In this document: one piece after another, positions 8,570 to 17,829 of the stretch
Numbering within the stretch: the first letter of the stretch is position 1
Layout of the letters: each line of letters opens with the position of its first letter
Assembly: GCA_030606485.1 (NCBI GenBank)
Contig: JAUWGH010000002.1
Span: forward strand, 210,001-242,000
DNA: 32,000 nucleotides
Source: Promethearchaeota archaeon
Lineage (GTDB): Archaea > Asgardarchaeota > Lokiarchaeia > Sigyniarchaeales > SOKP01
Direction: 5' to 3'
Notes under the pieces: model-generated
What the model saw: only the letters and a program-made list of their open reading frames with translations
Databases searched by the model: none
Told to the model about the DNA's origin: nothing
Made by a program: the position numbers and the translations under genes

Positions 8570-9409
8570 ATGGAATCAGAAACTAATAAGAAAAAAATAA
8601 AGTATCATAGTATCTTTCTTTATGCAATAAGTTTTTTTCTAATTTATTTTGTTTCATTTGGTATTCCAGGAATTATATTATGTACATTTATCAATTTTTT
8701 TTTAATTCCTAAAGTATTTAATGCTTCAAATTTTCTGGATCTTTTTACGAATCTAGACTCTCTTATTATTTTAATTTTTACTCCAATAATTATAATTGTT
8801 TGTTATTTATTACATTTATTCATAATAGCAATCAATTTAAAGATAGTTTTTTATTATACAGAAAAAAAGGAGCCTACTAGAGATGGTATAATTCCAAGAG
8901 ATTTCCCTAATAAAGCCTTAAAGTTTTATCATGTAAGATCATTTATATTAAAGTATCCGAAATGGGCTTTTTCAAAAAGTCCATTCCCTTGGCTTACCAT
9001 TAAATTATTTAATTTTATTGGTGCAAACCAGATGGGAAAAGGCACAACACTTGAAGAACAAGTTGTTGGTGATAAATTAATTAAAACGGGAAAAAATTGC
9101 TATTTTGGAGTAAATAGTGCTTTAGCTAGCCATTTAGTAGAAGGGATTTCTGGAAATGTAAATTTCTTTACTATTAAAATAGGAAATAATGTTACATTTT
9201 CAGCATTTGGAATGGCAGGTCCAGGCACGGAGATAGGTGATAACGTAGCCATGCTTCCAATTTCTGCTGCGCCAAAGCATAACCAATTGAGAAGTAATAA
9301 TTATTATTTTGGATTACCCGTAAGAAAAATATTTAAAAAAAAAATAAAAGAATGTACTGGATTAACCGAAGACCAAATCATAATCAAAAAGAAATCAAGA
9401 GATGCATAA
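8570..9409 (+). CDS. Membrane-anchored (2 TM) left-handed beta-helix acyltransferase-like protein, paralog 1 (retains His motif)
   Basis: Two N-terminal hydrophobic segments; hexapeptide repeats (MGKGTT, TGKNCYFG, IGNNVT, IGDNVA); ASHLVEG motif; terminal YFGLPVRK. Confidence 0.8.
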   Translation: MESETNKKKIKYHSIFLYAISFFLIYFVSFGIPGIILCTFINFFLIPKVFNASNFLDLFTNLDSLIILIFTPIIIIVCYLLHLFIIAINLKIVFYYTEKKEPTRDGIIPRDFPNKALKFYHVRSFILKYPKWAFSKSPFPWLTIKLFNFIGANQMGKGTTLEEQVVGDKLIKTGKNCYFGVNSALASHLVEGISGNVNFFTIKIGNNVTFSAFGMAGPGTEIGDNVAMLPISAAPKHNQLRSNNYYFGLPVRKIFKKKIKECTGLTEDQIIIKKKSRDA

Positions 9410-10280
9410 AGATATGAAAGAATCTACGGAATCTACGGAATCTACGGAATCTATGGAATTAACTATTGACGTTCTTACAGGAAGCGGAATGCCTAAGGAT
9501 GCTTTGAAATTTTTATGGCTTTATATTCCGATTATCTGGTTTGCCGGAACAATAACTTTAATACAATTCACATCCTTTTGGAAGGATTTTTTTGGTATAC
9601 CTATACTTTTTTACTTATTATTACCATTTGTGATATTTGGCGATATTTATATCTTCCTTGGTTGCTCATTGTTTTTTACTAAACTATTATTAATTTTTAT
9701 AAATCTTATTCATAAACCAAAAGAAGGAATTTTTCATATTAGAGAAGATAGAAGAGTTTATCTTTTTTGGTGTATCAGAAAATTACTAAAAAAATTTGTA
9801 ATATGGTTTGCAAGAAATACCCCTCTCCCATATGTTGATACTATAGCTTTTAGATGTTTGGGAGTGAAAGTGAATTTTTCAAATTCAATATTAGACAGCT
9901 GGTTAGATTTAGAATTTATTGAAGCTGGAAAAAAGGTTTTTATTGGACAAGGTTCAACGGTTTGTAGTGGCATCGTTGTTGGAAATTATTTAATAATAAA
10001 AAAAATAATATTTGAAGATCTCGCTATAGTTGGGGGTCAATCTGTTGTTTCTCCAGGAACAATTATCCGAAAAAACGCAATATTGGGTGCTGCATCAATT
10101 ACTAGCTTTAACCAAGAATTAGAAAAAGATTGGGTATATATGGGTATTCCAGCAAGAAAATTTAAACTAAATAAATATGCCGAAAGTAATAGAGAGATTA
10201 TTATAAAAAAGGACGTCGAATTAAAAGAGACATCTATAGTTAAATATGAAAAAATAGAAAATAAAGAAGGTGAAAAATAA
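9402..10280 (+). CDS. Membrane-anchored left-handed beta-helix acyltransferase-like protein, paralog 2
   Basis: 2 TM, PKEG..YLFW, hexapeptides (AGKKVFIGQG, VGGQSVVSPGTII), terminal VYMGIPARK; overlaps paralog 1 by 8 bp; alternative start ATG at 9453. Confidence 0.8.
   Translation: MHKDMKESTESTESTESMELTIDVLTGSGMPKDALKFLWLYIPIIWFAGTITLIQFTSFWKDFFGIPILFYLLLPFVIFGDIYIFLGCSLFFTKLLLIFINLIHKPKEGIFHIREDRRVYLFWCIRKLLKKFVIWFARNTPLPYVDTIAFRCLGVKVNFSNSILDSWLDLEFIEAGKKVFIGQGSTVCSGIVVGNYLIIKKIIFEDLAIVGGQSVVSPGTIIRKNAILGAASITSFNQELEKDWVYMGIPARKFKLNKYAESNREIIIKKDVELKETSIVKYEKIENKEGEK
9420..9460 (+). repeat. 9-bp tandem repeat (GAATCTACG)x3 + GAATCTATG + GAATT encoding ESTESTESTESME
   Basis: Read directly from 9420-9460. 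Confidence 0.95.
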
Positions 10281-10303
10281 CGGCGACTCCTATATCTTTA
10301 AAA

Positions 10304-11110
10304 ATGGCTCCTTTTACGGCAAGTGTTATAGCTAAAAAGAGATATTTTATTATATATTTTATTTTAATATGGGGGAGTTGCATTCCTCCCATTTTACAAT
10401 TTTGGTTTTTTTGGAAAATTCTAAATATTAATGAATTATTATTTTTTGCTCTTTTGCCATTAGAATTTCTTCTTTTTTATTTAATTTTAGTTTTTAGTTC
10501 AATATTTTTTGCAAAAATAATCTTAATTTATGTAAATTTATTTCATAAACCTCGAGAAGGTGTGTTCAAAAGAGATCCTAAAAATAGAGATTATTGTTAT
10601 TGGAGCCTTCGATCAATGATTATAAAATGGCCAGCATGGATAAGTCATTCATTCCCCGTTCCTTGGCATGATGTAATTTTAATGAAAGTATTTGGAGTAA
10701 AAACAAATTTTTCAAATATAACTTTTGATGGATGGGTAAATTGTGAATTTATTGAATTTGGAAGTAATATATCGGTTGGTCAAGCTGCGATAATATTATC
10801 TTCAATGATTATTGGCGATTATCTAATCATTAAAAAAGTAAAAATAGGAGACAATGTAATCATTGGCTCGCATTCAGTCATTTCACCTGGAACAATTATT
10901 GGAAAAGATTGTATCCTTTCTGCATTTTCTTATACTATGGTTGACCAAGAATTAGAAGAAGGTTGGGTTTATATAGGAGTTCCAGCAAAAAAATATAAAG
11001 AAAATAAATTTATAAAAACTGAAAAAGATTTAAAGATTAAAAAAAAATTAAAGGAATCAGAAAAATGGGATAGTTTCATCGAAAAAAGAGAGAGTATTAC
11101 TTCAAAATAA
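10304..11110 (+). CDS. Membrane-anchored left-handed beta-helix acyltransferase-like protein, paralog 3
   Basis: 2 TM, PREG..YCYW, hexapeptides (FGSNISVGQA, IGDNVIIGSHSVISPGTIIGKDCI), terminal VYIGVPAKK; 23 bp after paralog 2. Confidence 0.8.
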   Translation: MAPFTASVIAKKRYFIIYFILIWGSCIPPILQFWFFWKILNINELLFFALLPLEFLLFYLILVFSSIFFAKIILIYVNLFHKPREGVFKRDPKNRDYCYWSLRSMIIKWPAWISHSFPVPWHDVILMKVFGVKTNFSNITFDGWVNCEFIEFGSNISVGQAAIILSSMIIGDYLIIKKVKIGDNVIIGSHSVISPGTIIGKDCILSAFSYTMVDQELEEGWVYIGVPAKKYKENKFIKTEKDLKIKKKLKESEKWDSFIEKRESITSK

Positions 11111-11153
11111 GAAAAAATTAAGATAAATTAAATTAAAAAAAATCCTCTATAAG

Positions 11154-12134
11154 TTAATCTAATTCCTTTGGAATATATCCATAGGTTTCTTTAAATTTGG
11201 TTTTAACATCTTCAAGAGTATATACTTGAGATTGACCCCCCATTGATTGAACAATAAAAGAACCGATAACGGATCCTAATTTACAAGCATCTTCTAAAGA
11301 CATTCCCTTGACTAATCCCGATAAAAAACCAGAACGATAGCCATCCCCTGCTCCCGTTGGATCAATAACTTTATCAACATGAGCACAAGAAATTACAGAA
11401 TTAATGTTTTGCTCCTTAGAATGTACAAAAGAACCTTTTTCACCTTTTGTTATTATTACAATTGGTACCAAATCAAAAAGTTCTTCTTTAGATAATTGAG
11501 TTTTTTCTTTTATAATATCAAATTCATTTTCATTAGAAATTAAAATTTTAGCTTTCCTAATGACCCTGATCAAATCCACAGAAGAAAACAATGGAAGGAC
11601 TTGTCCGGGATCAAACATGAAAGGTATATTTAATTCTTCTAATTCTTCTGCAAAATGAACCATAGCAGGAACATTCTGAACTGAATTGATAGCAAAAAAG
11701 TAGTTGTTAGGATCTTTAATTTTAGATTTTAGTGAAAACTCAACATTTTTATCTAGAGCTCCGCCATGAAAGGTTATCATTTGATTTTTTGAATTATCAT
11801 TTACGACAAAACATGCTGCAGTATATAAATCATCGTATATTTCAATAATTTGATTTATATTATCAAATTTATCTAAATGCTGTTTATAACCTAGACTTAT
11901 AAAATCCTTTCCGACGGAACCACATATATCACAATGAACACCCAATTTACTAATATGATAAGAAATATTGCCTGCAGTCCCTCCGAATTGACAAACCCTA
12001 GAACTGGCAGTTACAACTGATTGATATTTTCGATTCTCTACATCAATACTAACAGCATCTAGGAAGTTTTTATCGAAATCCATAATATGATCATATGCAA
12101 TAGAACCTAAAACCAGAATTTTTTTCTTGTTCAT
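11154..12134 (-). CDS. PfkB family carbohydrate/nucleoside kinase
   Basis: GSIAYD, GGTAGN, FDPGQ, NENE, ITKGEKG, DPTGAGDGY signature. Confidence 0.9.
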   Translation of the reverse strand: MNKKKILVLGSIAYDHIMDFDKNFLDAVSIDVENRKYQSVVTASSRVCQFGGTAGNISYHISKLGVHCDICGSVGKDFISLGYKQHLDKFDNINQIIEIYDDLYTAACFVVNDNSKNQMITFHGGALDKNVEFSLKSKIKDPNNYFFAINSVQNVPAMVHFAEELEELNIPFMFDPGQVLPLFSSVDLIRVIRKAKILISNENEFDIIKEKTQLSKEELFDLVPIVIITKGEKGSFVHSKEQNINSVISCAHVDKVIDPTGAGDGYRSGFLSGLVKGMSLEDACKLGSVIGSFIVQSMGGQSQVYTLEDVKTKFKETYGYIPKELD

Positions 12135-12362
12135 ACTTATTTCTAAATTAAAAATAATTAATATTAAAAATTAATCTTACGTTCAATCTAAAAAAAAGAA
12201 GTAGAAATTAAAATTTAATATATATAATTTCGGATTTCTTTATTTTTTTTTATCTTTTCTATTTTTACATATAGTATTCAAATATGATTTATATAAGATT
12301 AATATTAACAGCATTAATTCAAAATCAAAAGACATAAAAGATTTCTAATTTTTTCTTACTCA

Positions 12363-13793
12363 ATGGTTGATGATCAACAAGACTTTGACAAATTTGATAC
12401 TTTATTCCATCCTAAACATATAGCTTTTATTGGAGCTTCAGAAAAATCCGCTCTCGGATCTATGCTTTTTTTGAGATCTTTTAAAAACTCTCAATGGTCA
12501 GAAACTTTTTATCCAATTAACCCAAGAAGTGAAAAAATTCTTGATTGGAAATGTTATCCCTCTGTTCTAGATGTTCCATATCCTATTGATACGGCTTATA
12601 TTTCCACAAAGATAAAATATATCCCAAAAATAATGAAGGAATGTGTTGATAAAAGAATTCCTTGGGTGATAATTTTTTCCTCTGGATTTTCTGAGACAGG
12701 AGATCCTGAGAGAAAAAAATTAGAAAGGGAAATAGTTGAGATAATTAAAAGAACTGATACAAGAGTTATCGGCCCCAATTGTTTAGGACCTTTTAATGGA
12801 GAAACGGGGATGGCTTTTACTTTTTCTACTCCATTTGGAGTTCCTGGCTCAGTTTCTTTTATGAGCCAATCTGGAGGGCACCTCACTCAATTAGTTGATG
12901 TGGGTTTCAAACGTGATTTGCGATTTCGATATGGTGTTTCATTCGGTAATCAGATAGATTTAAATTGTTTAGATTTCTTAAGGCATTTCCGTAGAGATAT
13001 TAAAACAAAAGTAATTGCTATATATTTAGAATCTTTTGGATCCGCAGATGGTCATGAATTTTATTTGGAATTAAGAAAGACAACCAAAACTAAGCCAGTT
13101 ATAATTTGGAAAGGTGGATTTACAGAAGATGGTTCTCGTGCGGCCTTTTCACATACAGGAGCTATAGCTTCAAATCAAAAATTATGGGATTCAATGGTAA
13201 AGCAAACAGGGGCAATCTTAGTAAAAAATAATGATGAATTTTGGAATATAATAAAAACTATAGAATTATTATTTTCAAATCATCTTCCTAATGGAAGAAA
13301 TGTAGGAATTATCACCCCTGGTGGTGGATTATCGGTAAATGTTACTGATTTATTTGCATTTCACAATCTAAAGGTTCCTATGTTAACACCGAGGTCTCAA
13401 GAAAAAATTGCAAATATTCTGCCAGATGTTAATGTGAATATCAAGAATCCGATAGACTTAGGGGCTTCCGGGTTTGTCGTAGATATTTTTGCAGATTGTA
13501 TAGAGATTGTAGTTGATGACCCAAATATTGATATAGTTATCGTTCCATTATGGCCAGATCATTTGTATCGACATGTTTTCAATAGAATGATTAAAATTCA
13601 AAAAAGAATTTCAAAACCATTTGCTTTTTGCCTGCCTAGCATTGCAGATTCTATTGAAATGGCAAAAAGATTTAATGGTGTTAAGAAAAAATTACATAAA
13701 AACCGTGTTCTTTACTTCTTTTCTTTAAAAGAGGCTGCAAAAAGTATTTCTTTATTTTGTGATTATTGTGATTATTTAAATTTTGGAAGATAA
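12363..13793 (+). CDS. Acyl-CoA synthetase (NDP-forming) alpha-type subunit / CoA-binding protein
   Basis: AFIGAS, IGPNCLG, SQSGG, SFGNQIDL, KGG...SHTGAIA (phospho-His), NPIDL; no ATP-grasp domain. Confidence 0.9.
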   Translation: MVDDQQDFDKFDTLFHPKHIAFIGASEKSALGSMLFLRSFKNSQWSETFYPINPRSEKILDWKCYPSVLDVPYPIDTAYISTKIKYIPKIMKECVDKRIPWVIIFSSGFSETGDPERKKLEREIVEIIKRTDTRVIGPNCLGPFNGETGMAFTFSTPFGVPGSVSFMSQSGGHLTQLVDVGFKRDLRFRYGVSFGNQIDLNCLDFLRHFRRDIKTKVIAIYLESFGSADGHEFYLELRKTTKTKPVIIWKGGFTEDGSRAAFSHTGAIASNQKLWDSMVKQTGAILVKNNDEFWNIIKTIELLFSNHLPNGRNVGIITPGGGLSVNVTDLFAFHNLKVPMLTPRSQEKIANILPDVNVNIKNPIDLGASGFVVDIFADCIEIVVDDPNIDIVIVPLWPDHLYRHVFNRMIKIQKRISKPFAFCLPSIADSIEMAKRFNGVKKKLHKNRVLYFFSLKEAAKSISLFCDYCDYLNFGR

Positions 13794-15097
13794 TCTTTTT
13801 GCAGCTCAACCATTTCGTTAAATATTGATTCAGCCATTTCGGCATTTCCCACATTTGGATCGATGGTTAGACATTGTAATGCAATTTCACGGGATCTTTT
13901 CATGATAGCATCAATACATAAATCCTGTACACATGCTTCGATACGAAGTAATGCTGCTATACCTTTAGGCAAATTACCGATTTTTATACCATGAACCCCA
14001 TCACCATCAATCCACACAGGTCCTTCGATTATTAAATCTTGAGGTAAATTATCTATAAATCCATCATTCGGTATATTTACTGAACTTTCATAACTCTTTT
14101 TGCCTGTAATAATTGCTTCAATTATCGGAATCGCACGCTCACCAGTAGAATGTTTTGGTAATAACCTCATCCTTTTAAATGTTCCTTTTTTAAAACGTCT
14201 ATGAAATCTCATAATGCGATCGTAAATTGCCTTTCCGCCTTGGTCGGTATGATCAATCCAATCAATCATATCTTGAGTTTCTGTAAATTCCTCTCCAAAT
14301 TGTAGATACTCACCTAGATGATTATCACAAGCATAAGAGAAGTATCCAAATCTCTTAAATACCTCAAATGTTAATTCAGAATATTCAAATCGATTTTTAA
14401 CCTTATTAAGATATTTCAACGCTTTATTATTAAATTCAGGCATTAAACTTTTACCAGTTTTGAAATCCTCTAACCCAATTAAAAACCCAAAGTGATTTAA
14501 TCCAACAGCAGTTATTTTGAAATCTTCGATTTTTTTATTAAACATCTTAGGGAGAAATCTATTTAAATAACCAATTTGATGACATAGACCAATAAATTTC
14601 AGATTTTTCGTGCTTCTTTTAATTGCTAAACATACCCTTGACATAGGATTTGAGAAATTAATAAAAAATGCATTAGGACAAATCTTTTCAACGTCTTTTA
14701 CAATTTCTATGATCGGTGGAATTATTCTGAATGCGTGAAAAGTCCCTCCAGGACCTCCACATTCCCCCAGAATCTGGGTTGAGCCATGATTTCTCGGTAT
14801 TTCATAATCTTGTCTCCATAATTCCATTCGATCACCAACTTCAATGGAATTTATAACAAAATTAGCACCTTTAAGAGATTTTTGACGATTTGTTGTACGC
14901 TCTATGATAAAATTCTTTCTCAATTTTTCATTTTCATCGATTATCAAATCATAGATTATTTCTAATTTCTCTTTATCAATATCGTGTAATATAATTGTTG
15001 AACCTTGTAAAATTTCGCTTGAAAAGATATCAGTAAGCATAGAAGGACCAAATGAAGTACTTCCTGCTCCAATTAATACAATACGATAATTCCCCAT
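13772..15097 (-). CDS. Glycoside hydrolase family 4 (NAD+/Mn2+-dependent alpha-galactosidase/glucosidase)
   Basis: IGAGSTSF, GECGGPGG, NFSNPM, GLCH, GLNH motifs; 22-bp convergent 3' overlap with the upstream synthetase gene. Confidence 0.9.
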   Translation of the reverse strand: MGNYRIVLIGAGSTSFGPSMLTDIFSSEILQGSTIILHDIDKEKLEIIYDLIIDENEKLRKNFIIERTTNRQKSLKGANFVINSIEVGDRMELWRQDYEIPRNHGSTQILGECGGPGGTFHAFRIIPPIIEIVKDVEKICPNAFFINFSNPMSRVCLAIKRSTKNLKFIGLCHQIGYLNRFLPKMFNKKIEDFKITAVGLNHFGFLIGLEDFKTGKSLMPEFNNKALKYLNKVKNRFEYSELTFEVFKRFGYFSYACDNHLGEYLQFGEEFTETQDMIDWIDHTDQGGKAIYDRIMRFHRRFKKGTFKRMRLLPKHSTGERAIPIIEAIITGKKSYESSVNIPNDGFIDNLPQDLIIEGPVWIDGDGVHGIKIGNLPKGIAALLRIEACVQDLCIDAIMKRSREIALQCLTIDPNVGNAEMAESIFNEMVELQKDYLPKFK

Positions 15098-15238
15098 GAT
15101 GATTCATTCTTAAATAGAATTATTAAAAATCTTTTATTTTTTTAATAAATATTAAAAATAATGACAACAATATGATTTTATATTAATTAATTAATTATAC
15201 AAATAACTAATTGTTTAAAATTTTGATGAGGGTTTAAA

Positions 15239-16669
15239 TTGACACAAATGTTTGGTACTTCCGGAATCAGAAAGGTTTTTAAAAATTACGGGGGAACTGA
15301 AGCTCATTTTACTCCAGAAATGGCGTTAAAGTTAGGATTAGCTATAGGTTCATATATTAATGGAGGTGTTGTAATAATGGGCAAAGATATCCGCACTGCC
15401 GCATTACCAATTGAACACGCGTTAATCGCTGGTCTTATTAGCACAGGATGTAAGGTTAAGACCGTTGGCATAGTTACAACACCAACTCTTGCAATGTCTT
15501 GCAAAATTCTTAATGGAGATTGCGGAATCATGATAACTGCATCACATAACACTCCTGAATATATTGGTGTCAAGCTATGGAACCCATCCGGCTTAGGGTT
15601 TTCGGCCCAGCAAGAAGAAGTAATTGAGGAAATATATAATAAAGAAAAGTTTAACAAGACCGATTGGAGAGGAATTGGCAGCGCTACGCCAATATATGAT
15701 TTAAACGAGTTTCATGTTAATGATATTTTAGAAAAGATTAAAATCCCAAGAGATAATCATCTTCATTTAATTGTAGACCCCGGGCATGGTTCCTCGTGTG
15801 AGATACTCCCAATAATTCTTAATAAATATAATATTAAATATATGACAATTAATGCACAAATGGATGGATCATTTCCAGGAAGATTATCTGAACCTAACAA
15901 AGAAAATTTAAACCAATTAAGTAAATTTGTTAAAATCTCAGATGTACAAGACATAGGAATTGCTCTTGATGGTGATGCAGACAGAGTTATTTTTATTGCT
16001 GAAGATGGTAAGTTAGTTGATCCAATTAGATTACTTGCTTTATGTGCAAAAGACATACTGACAGAAAATGGCGGAATACCCGAAAAAGATCGAAAAATAG
16101 CAACCCCAATTAATAGTTCCAGCCTGCTTGAAAGATTACTAGAACCATTAGGTTATGAAGTAATTAGAACTGAGGTTGGAGACATTAAAGTTGCAACAGC
16201 ATTAAAGGAAAAGGGAGGTATTCTTGGTGGCGAAACCAGTGGTACATATATCTGGCCAAAATACCACTACGGACCAGACTCTCTTTTAACTATAGCGTAT
16301 ATTTTAGAGATGATAAATAGAAAAGGAAAACCATTAAGAGAATTGTTAGAAGAGATACCGGACTTTCCATTTGTTAGAAATAGTTTTGAACTTACAAAAG
16401 ATATTCCATTTACCGATGAGATAAATGAAAAAATAATAACAGAAATGGATAATTTGTTTCAAAATTTGGGCAAAGATCATGTTAAAATAAATAAATTAGA
16501 TGGCGTTAGATTTGATTATCAAGAAGGTTGGGTGATGGTGAGAAGATCAGGAACATCTCCTAAATTAAGAATTTCTGTTGAATCAACAATAGATATCCCT
16601 CATGCTCAAGAGATACTTCAGATGACTCAAGAAAGAATGGATAAATTAGGTTTGATAAGGGAAAATTAA
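15239..16669 (+). CDS. Alpha-D-phosphohexomutase (phosphoglucosamine mutase / PMM-PGM family)
   Basis: FGTSGIR, TASHN (catalytic Ser), DGDADR (metal loop), GGETSG, RRSGTSP; start TTG 15239 or ATG 15248. Confidence 0.92.
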   Translation: MTQMFGTSGIRKVFKNYGGTEAHFTPEMALKLGLAIGSYINGGVVIMGKDIRTAALPIEHALIAGLISTGCKVKTVGIVTTPTLAMSCKILNGDCGIMITASHNTPEYIGVKLWNPSGLGFSAQQEEVIEEIYNKEKFNKTDWRGIGSATPIYDLNEFHVNDILEKIKIPRDNHLHLIVDPGHGSSCEILPIILNKYNIKYMTINAQMDGSFPGRLSEPNKENLNQLSKFVKISDVQDIGIALDGDADRVIFIAEDGKLVDPIRLLALCAKDILTENGGIPEKDRKIATPINSSSLLERLLEPLGYEVIRTEVGDIKVATALKEKGGILGGETSGTYIWPKYHYGPDSLLTIAYILEMINRKGKPLRELLEEIPDFPFVRNSFELTKDIPFTDEINEKIITEMDNLFQNLGKDHVKINKLDGVRFDYQEGWVMVRRSGTSPKLRISVESTIDIPHAQEILQMTQERMDKLGLIREN

Positions 16670-16692
16670 AAAAATTGTATTATCTCTTAAAT

Positions 16693-17793
16693 TTAAGGTT
16701 TTAATAATTCCCAATTGATATATTTTTCTATAATTTCTAAAGCAATCTGTTTTTCTTCTGGTTGAATTCCTGGTTTAATTCTTTCTATATTATATAAGGT
16801 CGTGTACGTATCACTGGGGCTTAACAAAAGCGGAATTCCTAATTCATCTGCTCTTACTTTAACTGAAATGTCTGGTTGGATATAGCCAGTTAGGATGATT
16901 ACAGAAACATTAGATTCGAGAGTGGCTAAAATTAACTCACTTCTATCTCCACCAGTAATACAAGCAGCATTTACACTCTGTCTAACATACTTCATAGCGC
17001 TAGGAACATCCATAGCTCCAATTAATATTGATTTAACATTTTTATTCATAGATTCGTCTGGTGGATTGTTTATTAATTCAGCACCAATGCCTTCCATAAT
17101 TTCTAAAACTGTAGGTTCTGATAATGAGGGATCTTTTTGAATTATACCTACTAAAGGGATGTCATATTTTTCGATATGTTTTTTCTGTAATTCTTTGACT
17201 CTTTCTACATAGTCAAAATCGATTTGGTTCATAATAAGCCCATTTATTTTCATATCTCTAAAATCGAGGTACTTCTTTGTAAAAAGTAATGTATCTACAA
17301 AATTATCAGTAGAGTTATCTAATATAAAATATATTCCATCGATTCCTAATTCTTTTGCAATTGTAACATCATCTAGTCCAACTCGGCAATAATATCTAAA
17401 ATTAGGCGTTCCCTCAATAATAACCATATCGCAATCTTGTTTAATTTTCTCATAAGCCTTTTTAATTTTCTCTGTATATTCAGTTCTTTGTTCAATATCT
17501 ATATTATCAATATAATAATTAGGAGTAATTGATACAGGACAAATCGTATCTATATCATGCTCAGATTCAATAATATTCATAAAAATAAACGAAACATCGC
17601 GATCAGCCTTGTTGGTTAATGCTCCAATTGGTTTACCCACAGGTTTGAAATATTTAACATTATAGCCTTCTTTCTTGAATTTTTGGAGCAACCCTATAGC
17701 AATTAGAGTCTTACCAGCTCTTTCATTAAATGAACTCAAATATATTGTTTTTACCAATTTTTCTCTCACATGCATTTTTAATTTTTTATTCAA
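16693..17793 (-). CDS. BioD-like P-loop + DRTGG domain protein (phosphotransacetylase N-terminal family)
   Basis: AGKT P-loop, YFKPVG, IIEG, IMNQ, ITGGDRSEL (DRTGG), ILTG; true start may be slightly downstream of 17793. Confidence 0.88.
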   Translation of the reverse strand: MNKKLKMHVREKLVKTIYLSSFNERAGKTLIAIGLLQKFKKEGYNVKYFKPVGKPIGALTNKADRDVSFIFMNIIESEHDIDTICPVSITPNYYIDNIDIEQRTEYTEKIKKAYEKIKQDCDMVIIEGTPNFRYYCRVGLDDVTIAKELGIDGIYFILDNSTDNFVDTLLFTKKYLDFRDMKINGLIMNQIDFDYVERVKELQKKHIEKYDIPLVGIIQKDPSLSEPTVLEIMEGIGAELINNPPDESMNKNVKSILIGAMDVPSAMKYVRQSVNAACITGGDRSELILATLESNVSVIILTGYIQPDISVKVRADELGIPLLLSPSDTYTTLYNIERIKPGIQPEEKQIALEIIEKYINWELLKP

Positions 17794-17829
17794 ATAAATT
17801 TTAATTTTTTTCTTTTTCTGTTTATTATT

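Noticed and set aside
13772-13793. 22-bp convergent overlap between the ACD alpha and GH4 genes
   Set aside because: Short 3' overlaps are common in compact archaeal genomes; both proteins appear complete
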